From Bacilli bacterium (GTDB taxonomy: Bacteria > Bacillota_I > Bacilli_A > RF39 > UBA660): DNA of 64,000 nt. Position 1 is the stretch's first letter; each line of letters begins with the position of its first letter. Of this stretch, positions 54,882 through 63,400 are shown piece after piece. Location: contig JBGVNW010000041.1 of assembly GCA_045125935.1 (NCBI GenBank), positions 66,199 through 130,198 of the forward strand, read 5' to 3'. The position numbers and the translations under genes are program-made. The notes under the pieces were generated by a model that saw nothing but the letters and a program-made list of their open reading frames with translations, was not told the origin of the DNA and did no database searches.

Positions 54882-56570
54882 ATGGAATTATTTAAAGAAG
54901 TATTAAGAAAAAACAAAAAAATGATAATATTCTACGTCTTAATAGGAATAACCATAAATTTCCTAAGTCTATACGGTGTAACTTATTATCAAAAAATATT
55001 AGATGCATTCCAGTATCAAACACTAACTATAACACCGCTAATAATTTATGGATTATTATTAGTTGTATCAACAATACTTGGATATTTAGAAAATTATTCT
55101 GAACAACAAGTAAAAAACAAATTATATTTAGATTTTAAACTACAAGCTCTAAAGAAAATGAAAACAATCGATTATTTAGAATATCAAAAACTAGGTACTG
55201 GAAAACTAACCCAAAAAGTAGAAGATGGCGCTACATCATCAAGAGACATCTTAGTAAACTTTTACTTAAAAACACTAAGATATTTACTCCCAACAGGTCT
55301 TTTTAGTTTGATATTCATCTATCAAGTAAAAAAAGAATTGGTATTATTCATATTCTTAGGATATTTAATTGTCATCATCATCTCAAATATAATATTAAAA
55401 AAACTATACATCTTAAAAGAAAACATCTTAGATAATCAGGAGTTATTAAACAAGCCCCTAGTTAGAGGATTTATGGAACTAGTAGTTTTTAGGACAAACA
55501 AGAAGTATGATACAGAAATAAAAGTAACAGAAGAAGGAATAAAAAATATTGTTGATTCTAAAACAAAAATAAAACTAGTCCATGAAATATTCTTTACGGT
55601 ATTTGCGTTAATTGTAAACATCTTAAAAGTAGTGGTATTAGGATATGCAGTACTAAACTCAAATCTTTCAGTAGGAGCAATAGTAACAGTTTTATCACTA
55701 CTAGGAAAAGCATATGAACCAATTGCTATTTTTAATGTAGAATATGTTGATTATAAACTAAACAAAGTAACAGTAAAGAAATATTTAGAATTTCTAGATT
55801 TAAAAGATGATCAAAATTTAACTACAGGTAAAAGCATAAAACAAATTTCTGGAATGATTGAATTTAAAAATGTAAGTTACTCATACCACGAAAAAGAAAA
55901 GAAATTAATCGAAAACTTATCATTGAAAATAAAAAAAGATCAAAAGATAGCTTTAGTCGGGGAGAGTGGTTCTGGAAAGTCAACAATTATAAAATTAATA
56001 ATGGGTCTAATTAAATGCCAAGAAGGACAAATTTTAATTGATAAAAATAACTTATCAGAATTAAACTTAAATGAATTTTATGACAATGTTTCTTATGTCT
56101 CACAAGAGTCCCCAATTTTTGATGGAACTCTAAGAGAAAACATAGTCTTAGATAAGGAAGTAGCCGATTCCAAAATAAAAGAAATTTTAAAATTAGTTTG
56201 TCTAGAAAAATTACTTAATCGTTTAGAAAAAGGATTAGATACAGAATTAGGAGAAAAAGGAATAAGAATGTCTGGAGGAGAAAGACAAAGAGTATCCCTA
56301 GCTAGATTATTCTTTGATAAATCTAAAATAATAATTCTAGATGAAGCAACATCAGCAATGGACAACATCACAGAAAAACAAGTAATGGAAAACATCCTAA
56401 AAAGGCTAAAGAATAAAACTATCATCATAATAGCACATCGTCTAGAAACAATAAAAGATGTCGACAACATCTTCTTAATAAGAGATGGTAAAATCCTAGA
56501 ACAGGGTACTTACCAAGAACTACTAAAAGAAAATACTTATTTCAAAGAGCTATATAGAGCTACAAGATAA
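54882..56570 (+). CDS. ABC exporter, fused permease/ATPase half-transporter
   Basis: Six N-terminal TM helices. Walker A GESGSGKST, signature LSGGERQR, Walker B IIILDEATS. Confidence 0.9.
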   Translation: MELFKEVLRKNKKMIIFYVLIGITINFLSLYGVTYYQKILDAFQYQTLTITPLIIYGLLLVVSTILGYLENYSEQQVKNKLYLDFKLQALKKMKTIDYLEYQKLGTGKLTQKVEDGATSSRDILVNFYLKTLRYLLPTGLFSLIFIYQVKKELVLFIFLGYLIVIIISNIILKKLYILKENILDNQELLNKPLVRGFMELVVFRTNKKYDTEIKVTEEGIKNIVDSKTKIKLVHEIFFTVFALIVNILKVVVLGYAVLNSNLSVGAIVTVLSLLGKAYEPIAIFNVEYVDYKLNKVTVKKYLEFLDLKDDQNLTTGKSIKQISGMIEFKNVSYSYHEKEKKLIENLSLKIKKDQKIALVGESGSGKSTIIKLIMGLIKCQEGQILIDKNNLSELNLNEFYDNVSYVSQESPIFDGTLRENIVLDKEVADSKIKEILKLVCLEKLLNRLEKGLDTELGEKGIRMSGGERQRVSLARLFFDKSKIIILDEATSAMDNITEKQVMENILKRLKNKTIIIIAHRLETIKDVDNIFLIRDGKILEQGTYQELLKENTYFKELYRATR

Positions 56571-56585
56571 TCATGGTAATATCAT

Positions 56586-57107
56586 ATGAGATTAGATTTT
56601 ATGTTTAAAGACGCCCTAACAAGAAAAATCCAAATATCAACTGTACAATTAGATTTTGTCTCCCCAAAAAGATTTAACTTATCATACATCGATGAAAATG
56701 GAAATAAACAAGTACCAGTAATGGTCTATCGAGCAGTCCTAGGTTCGTATGAAAGATTCCTAGTTCTTCTCTTAGAACAATTCAAAGAAGTTCTACCAAT
56801 ATGGTTATCACCAGTCCAAGTAAATATTATTCCAGTAAATGTAAAATATCATGATGAGTACTGTCGTAAGTTAAGGGATATGTTACTTGAAGAGGATATT
56901 CGAGTAGAGTATGATGATTAAAATGAAAAACTAGGTAAAAAGATTAGAAATAGTAATATTATGAAAAATCCAATCTCAGTAATCATAGGTGATAATGAAC
57001 GAAATAATAACTTAGTAAGTTTTATAAGAATTGGAAGTGAAGAGAATTATTCTTTACCGATGGAGGAGTTTATTAAGTTTATCAAGGAAGAGATTAGGAA
57101 GAGATAG
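56586..57107 (+). pseudogene. thrS: 3' remnant of a threonyl-tRNA synthetase gene with in-frame stop
   Basis: ..STVQLDFVSPKRFNLSYIDENGNKQVPVMVYRAVLGSYERFLVLLLEQ...PIWLSPVQVNIIPV.. matches class II core motif 3 and the start of the anticodon-binding domain. TAA at 56920-56922 interrupts the frame, which continues (..EKLGKKIRNSNIMKNPISVIIGDNE..) to TAG 57105-57107. The N-terminal ~450 aa are absent. Confidence 0.75.
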
Positions 57108-57111
57108 TAGT

Positions 57112-57141
57112 TTGACAGATTATTTATAAGTGATATATAAT
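57112..57141 (+). promoter_or_regulatory. sigmaA-type promoter of candidate sRNA
   Basis: TTGACA (57112-57117)-18 nt-TATAAT (57136-57141). Confidence 0.55.
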
Positions 57142-57147
57142 GTTTGT

Positions 57148-57252
57148 ACGAAAAAGAGTCAATCTTTTTTGAGGATGGTCGTGACCCGTAGGGTTGCGGT
57201 TATCTGTCTAATGAAGATAATCCCAGTCCGTTTGGATGGGGCATCTTTTTTT
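57148..57252 (+). ncRNA. candidate ~105-nt structured small RNA (unclassified)
   Basis: Locally GC-rich. 14-bp helix 57174-57187 / 57191-57204 containing five G.U pairs, so it is plus-strand specific. Terminator-like hairpin CCCAGTCC-GTTT-GGATGGGG followed by T7 (57246-57252). Confidence 0.4.
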
Positions 57253-57386
57253 ATGTAAATATTTCAGTTGGTTACATTTTGTAACCGATTGATTGAACTC
57301 GCAACAATTTTTCATGAAATAATTAACTATTATTTGCTTTTTTATTTCTTGTTTTTTGTTATAATAATTGTAACGGAGGTGCTGTT

Positions 57387-58235
57387 ATGTCAGAAAGAGA
57401 ATTAGATTCAAGTATGATTGATTATGTTGAGAATGAAACACCTAAAAATTATATAAAACAGTTACAATGGGATATGGCTATTGGTTTACAAGAAGTAGAT
57501 GATTTAAAACCTTCTAAATATTTAGAAAAGTTATTACAAGAAAATGTAACTGGTGAAAAAACTATTTATGAAGTGGAACAAGAGTTAAAACAATATTATG
57601 TCGATAAAAATACAAATGATGAAAAGATACATGATGAATATGAATGTGATCTAGTATCGACAAGAATTGTTCAATTATTAGAAGAGGATAAGTTTGAATT
57701 ATCTGTTGATTATATAAAATATGTTCATGAGTATTTATTTAGAGATGTGTATGAATTTGCAGGTGAATTTAGAAAAGTAGATTTTTCTAAATATGAAAGA
57801 ATTTTAAATAATGATTCAGTTGCGTATGGTGATTGCAGAACATTAGAAGAATCATTAGAATATGATCTTGTTTTGGAGAAAAATAGAAATTATGATGAAA
57901 TGAACATTGTAGAAGTTATTAATAATATAACTAATTTTTCTTCAAGTATATGGCAAATTCATCCTTTTAGAGAAGGTAATACTAGAACAACAGCTTTATT
58001 TATTGAAAAATATTTAATTTCTCTTGGATATAATGTAGATAATACTATGTTTAAAGAAAAATCAGTTTACTATAGAAATGCAATGGTAAGAAGTAATTAC
58101 TATAATAATTATTTAAATATAAAACAAGATAATAGTTATTTAATTAAATTTTATGAAAATTTATTGTTAGGGAAGAATAATGATTTACATTCACGAGACT
58201 TAATTGTAAAAGAATTGTTTGATGAGAGTAAATAA
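57387..58235 (+). CDS. Fic-domain protein with variant motif HPFREGNTRTTA
   Basis: Motif at 57960-57995. It deviates from HxFx(D/E)GNGRxxR at two positions (G to T, last R to A). 282 aa. Confidence 0.8.
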   Translation: MSERELDSSMIDYVENETPKNYIKQLQWDMAIGLQEVDDLKPSKYLEKLLQENVTGEKTIYEVEQELKQYYVDKNTNDEKIHDEYECDLVSTRIVQLLEEDKFELSVDYIKYVHEYLFRDVYEFAGEFRKVDFSKYERILNNDSVAYGDCRTLEESLEYDLVLEKNRNYDEMNIVEVINNITNFSSSIWQIHPFREGNTRTTALFIEKYLISLGYNVDNTMFKEKSVYYRNAMVRSNYYNNYLNIKQDNSYLIKFYENLLLGKNNDLHSRDLIVKELFDESK

Positions 58236-58240
58236 AAACT

Positions 58241-58270
58241 ACAGGTCATAATTTTAACCTGTTTTTTTTG
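58241..58270 (+). terminator. intrinsic terminator after Fic gene
   Basis: ACAGGT-CATAATTTTA-ACCTGT followed by T8. Confidence 0.8.
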
Positions 58271-58358
58271 TTTGATGAAAAGTAATAGTTTTATTTTAAA
58301 CAAGTAATATGTAATTAATTGTTATCTGTGGTAAACTATATGTGAGGTGATTATTGTA

Positions 58359-59195
58359 ATGTTTAAACCTAAGGTTAGAGGCTCTTTTTCAGATAGAACT
58401 GGAAATGATAAAATAAATATGACTATTCAAAAAGACGAGCTTGATGAACGAACTAGAAATACTATTGTAAATTTATTTGATTATATATTAAATGTATGTG
58501 AAAATCGTAATAGAGAAGACGTTTGCTATTCATATATTTATAAACATATTTTTTGTGTTACGAAAGATGAGATTCCTTATCATTATAGTGAGAAGAGAAA
58601 ATACATTGTTGATGGAATAAAAAGCGATTGGGAATATTATGATATATTTTCGTTTTTAGAGTCATTGTTAGAGTGGTTTTGTAATAGTGATTTTACTGAT
58701 AGTACTTATGACATATTTAATGAAATGTTTGAAAAAGAATGTGTTGGTTATAGATTTATTGAAGGCAAGATAACTGATATAATTGACGATGTTGAGATTT
58801 CTGAAGTGGAAGATGCTTTAGATAATAAATTTTCTGCATGCAAGAAAAGTATAACGAAAGCATTTAATCTACTTTATGACAGAGAGAATCCGGATTATCC
58901 TAATTCTGTTAAAGAATCAATTTCTGCTATAGAAGCTATGTGTAATATTATTTTAGGAAAGGATAATGCAACATTGGGTGATGCATTAAAGCAGTTAGAA
59001 AAGCAAGGTGTTAAGATTCATGGAGCAATGAAGACTGCTTTTTCCTCTCTTTATGGATATACATCTGACAAGAGTGGTATTAGACATAATAGTGGTATAG
59101 ATGAAAATACTACATTTGAAGAAGCAAAATATATGTTGGTTTCTTGTTCTGCTTTTTTAAATTATTTGATGCAGGTTTATAGTGATGTAAAATAA
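58359..59195 (+). CDS. AbiJ-NTD4-like N-terminus + Abi_C/HEPN-like C-terminus (abortive-infection-type protein)
   Basis: ATG 58359 behind GAGGTGA. N-terminal FKPKVRGSFSDRTGNDKINMTIQKDELDERTRNTIVN. C-terminal ..SISAIEAMCNIILG...LYGYTSDKSGIRHNSG.. The family call is made from memory of the motif pattern. Confidence 0.55.
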   Translation: MFKPKVRGSFSDRTGNDKINMTIQKDELDERTRNTIVNLFDYILNVCENRNREDVCYSYIYKHIFCVTKDEIPYHYSEKRKYIVDGIKSDWEYYDIFSFLESLLEWFCNSDFTDSTYDIFNEMFEKECVGYRFIEGKITDIIDDVEISEVEDALDNKFSACKKSITKAFNLLYDRENPDYPNSVKESISAIEAMCNIILGKDNATLGDALKQLEKQGVKIHGAMKTAFSSLYGYTSDKSGIRHNSGIDENTTFEEAKYMLVSCSAFLNYLMQVYSDVK

Positions 59196-59232
59196 AAAAC
59201 TACAGGTCATTTATGACTTGTAGTTTTTATTT
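59196..59232. terminator. bidirectional terminator between AbiJ-like gene and kinase paralog 10
   Basis: AAACTACAGGTCAT-TT-ATGACTTGTAGTTT with flanking A- and T-runs. Confidence 0.8.
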
Positions 59233-59306
59233 AGAAGTGCTCAACCCTCGATTATAGGACACTTCTTTAAAGAATATTATATAAATAATAATTTATTTGG
59301 TCAATT

Positions 59307-60020
59307 TTATTTTTTTAAGTACTGAACAATATATTCATTATTAAAGTCTTTTGGATCTTTCATTGACTTTATTGTTTTAAGTGCTGGTCTTTTAAAGTGC
59401 TGTCTTAATTCTCTTCTTGATGTCCAGTAAGTATCTATTCCATATTCTTTCATAGTCATTAGATTATGCATGTACGGATGAAGATTCCTATCTATTGGAC
59501 GTGATGTATTATAGTCAATAACATAACTTGGTAATAAGTCCATTGGAAGTTCATCTAAGGCAATATTATCCATATCACAAAATTCTATTCTACCAGTATT
59601 CCTATCAAATAAAATATTACGAGCTGCTACATCACCATATATGATTCCTAGAGAAGAAAAATATTCTAGGATTTCTTTAGTTTTATTTAAGAAATATAAT
59701 TTTTCTTCTGGTGGTAAGAAATAAATATCAGCTTTAGATAAGTCTATGTCAGAAGTCATTTCGTAACCAACTATGATGTCATCAAGACTAATAGTACAAA
59801 GAGGTTGAACACTATGGTCAACTTTCATGTCATATAATCTAGATATTTTTTTGACTTTATTTTCTGGCATAGCAACAGGAGTTGAACAATGGTAAAAAAA
59901 TTTATATACAGAGTAGGGAGTATCCGCTTCGCAGATTGTTGCTTCTCCACCAAAAGATAATTTTTGGTAGTCAACAAGTCTATAAAACTCATCTCTTGTG
60001 ATTGGTTTATTAGGAATCAT
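59307..60020 (-). CDS. minimal protein-kinase-like paralog, tenth (solitary) copy
   Basis: GGEATIC, VYKFF, ENKVKK, VGYEM, IIYGDVAARNILFD, FCDMDN, HPYMHN, NNEYIVQYLKK. Own promoter on the minus strand (TGCTATAAT, about 60041-60049) and SD AAGGCGGTGA. Confidence 0.8.
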   Translation of the reverse strand: MIPNKPITRDEFYRLVDYQKLSFGGEATICEADTPYSVYKFFYHCSTPVAMPENKVKKISRLYDMKVDHSVQPLCTISLDDIIVGYEMTSDIDLSKADIYFLPPEEKLYFLNKTKEILEYFSSLGIIYGDVAARNILFDRNTGRIEFCDMDNIALDELPMDLLPSYVIDYNTSRPIDRNLHPYMHNLMTMKEYGIDTYWTSRRELRQHFKRPALKTIKSMKDPKDFNNEYIVQYLKK

Positions 60021-60106
60021 AGTGTCACCGCCTTAATTCAAGTTATTATTATAGCACATTGTGTTATATGGGGGGTAGAAGAATCACTTTGTAGTAGAGG
60101 CATTAT

Positions 60107-60394
60107 ATGGATGGTATTATAAGTAGATTTTATAATATTGGTAAAAGTTATATTTCTAAGAATAGTAATATAAGTTGTTTTGATTTGGATACAACTTATT
60201 TTAAGAAGTTATCTGGTAGTAATTGGGAAGAAGTATATGTAGAGTGTGCTAGAGGAAGTGATAAGAATTTTACAAAAGGCTTCTTCTCTAGATGGGATAG
60301 TCATATTAATGACTGTGAAAGAAATCGTTGTCCTAATAAGATTGTACTTAAGTCTGGTGAGTACTTAAGTGATGTGTTAGAGAAGTGTAAATAG
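60107..60394 (+). CDS. hypothetical 95-aa Cys-containing protein
   Basis: ORF divergent from kinase paralog 10 and upstream of the giant ORF. No motif recognised. Confidence 0.4.
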   Translation: MDGIISRFYNIGKSYISKNSNISCFDLDTTYFKKLSGSNWEEVYVECARGSDKNFTKGFFSRWDSHINDCERNRCPNKIVLKSGEYLSDVLEKCK

Positions 60395-60450
60395 TATATT
60401 TTAATATTGTATGCTATAATTTTTATTAGTTAAAAGAAAGGAGCAACAAG

Positions 60451-63400
60451 ATGAAGTTATTAAAAAGTTCGCATTTAGAGGAATATGTGAAAAATAATAA
60501 AAAATTAGCAGAAAGTGAATTTCCTTATATTATTGGTAGACTTTTAAAGAATACGGTTGATGGAATTAATGGTTTTGATATTCCAAGTGGAGATAATGTT
60601 ATTCAAATAGGATTTGATGGTGTAATAAAATTTACTGGAACTAATAAATATTTAGGTGACAAACCTGTTAATATTGAAATTGGAACTGATGCAGATTATA
60701 TATCTAAAGCAAATACGGATATAAAGAAACGAATTCCACGTAAAGATCAGAATTTTGTGTTTATAACGCCATTTAGATGGAATAGTAGAAAAAAATCAAA
60801 AAATGATTGGATATTAGAAAAAAAAGCATTGTATGATTGGAATGATATTAAAATAATTGATGGCTCCGTTTTAGAAGATTGGATAGAAGAAGATATATCA
60901 ACAACAAAGTATATATTAAATAAAATAAATATTGATTTAAATGATATTAGAACTATTGATGAATTAGAAAAACAATTTTCTCTTAAAACAAAGAGAAATT
61001 TGGATTTGAACTTTTTTGATTATGATGATAAAGGTTATGAAAAATTGTTGTCTGAGTTGAAAAAGGATTTTTATAATGTTGTTGCATCTACTAGAGAGGA
61101 AGGTCTTTTTGTTACATTATTTTATTTGAGAAAATTAAAAAAAACTGATGAAGTTTTAATAATTAATAGTTATTCAGCATGGCAAAATATTGTTATTAAT
61201 CAGATTTCCAATAATAATATACTGATTCCAAATTTTTATCATGAAGATGGATTGGAAGTTCCAAAAAATAATATAACTATTTTCATCCATGATAGAGAGG
61301 AACTTATTAAAAAATCTGATTATTCTATTGAACAACGCACAATTAATAATTTACACAAAGCATTAGAAAGTTATTATAAAGATGATAAACAACATATTGA
61401 ATATGATGAAATTAATACTATAATAAGAAAAAGTTTAGGCAGGTATATTCCTTTAAAAAGGGAATTATTTAAAGAGTTTATTGAGCCAAAATGGTATAAA
61501 AAAGAAAATATAAAATTATATCTTTATTTGTTTTTTATTAATGATTTTAAGACTAAAGACTTAAAAATTTTCGAAGAATTCAATGTTGATTTAGATGAAT
61601 TACAAAAAATGTTAAATGAATTAGTAAAAGAAAAAGATCCGTATATTGTTTATTATAAGTATTGGGATGAATATAAAGTTGTTGATATTTACAATGTTAT
61701 TGAATGGCTAGGTCCTTTTATCGATGAAATGTCTATTGATAATTTATGTAAAGTTGCTAGAAAAGTGTTGTTTTACTTAGAACCAAAATATTTACCTGAA
61801 AATATTGGGAAACAATATTATGTTGAAAAAACTGCAATTAGAGAATACAGCAAAGTAGTAAAAAATGGTTTGTTAAAAGGTTTAATAATTACAAAGTTAT
61901 TTTTACAACGTGAAAATAAAGTAACTTTGATAAAAAAGTTAGATGATTTGATTGATCAATATTATAGTATTATAACTACAGAAGGAATGTTTTTAAGTTT
62001 TGCCAACCTAGCAGATAAATTAGTTGAGTTTAACTATGAGAAGTTTCTGAAAAAAGTGCGTGATTCGTTAGGAAATAAAGAGTTTGAGAAAATGTTTGAT
62101 TTAACAAATAAAGATATTATTTTTTCCTCTAATGAATATTGCAGGATTATTTTTGCAATAGAAAAAGCAATACATAAAAAAGACTATATTGTTGATGCTA
62201 TAGAAACTTTGGCGCTTCTATCAGAAATGAATAATGCGAATTACAAAAATATGGGTAACACACCATTTAATACACTAAGAGATGTATTTATTGGATGGGA
62301 TAACCTTACCTGCCTAGATATGAATGAAAAAATTGTTTTGCTACAACAATTGATAAATAATCATTATGAATTAGGAAAAAAACTTATGAAATCACTTTTA
62401 CCTAGTCGAGGTGGGACGTGGTCTCCTTTACAAAAGCCAGAGTTTGATGTATTTGATGATGTAAAGCCAATCAAATTTGTAAAAGAACAAAAAGATTATT
62501 TTGAAAAATATTATTTGTTATATTTAAATAATTATGTAAATACATTAGATGATTTGGTTTGTATATATGAAGAGACTTATTTTATTGATTTTGAATGTTT
62601 TGCTGCAATAAAAGAAAAGACTATTCATTTGATTGCAAATAGTTCAGATGAAGAAAAGTATAAATTAAAAGAAGAAATTAGTGAAAAACTTAGAGGTTAT
62701 GAAAAATTTCATAATTCTGCGTGGAATTTAAGTTCAAGTGAATTAGAGTATTATACTTTTATTAAAGAACAACTTGTTTATGAAAATCCTATTTATGATT
62801 ATGTTTTTTTATATCAATGGCATATATTTCTTGATGATGTTGATATAAGTGATTTAAGAGTTAGAGCAATTTCATTATTGAATGATAATGATAATAATGA
62901 AGATTTGTTATTAGAAAAATGTGATAATAAAAATGCGCTTATATGTGATATTTATAAATATAAACATAATTGCCATCATAATATAGATTTTTTAAAAAAA
63001 TTATTTGATAAATATGGTGATTATGTTACTTCATATTTGAGAATGATATATTTAAATGAGACTGTTGAAGAAGTGATTAGTGTATTTAATAGTGATAAAT
63101 TAAATTATTTGTCATTAGAAAAACGTATCATAATATTGTCGCACATGGGATTTAATAATTTGGCTTATAATGAAATTAAGGACAGCGAAGCAGAATCATA
63201 TTATTGGAATAAGTTGAATATGTTTGATGGTGAAAGAAATGATTTTGTATATAAATTATGTTTAAAATATGGTAATTTTGATTTTTGCCTTGATATGCTT
63301 TACGAAAAGGCTGATATGTATGATGAAAAATGTGAACTGTTAGAGAAAATTAGAGATTCTAAAGTAAAGGCAAGTAAATTAGATGAATATAAAATAGAAA

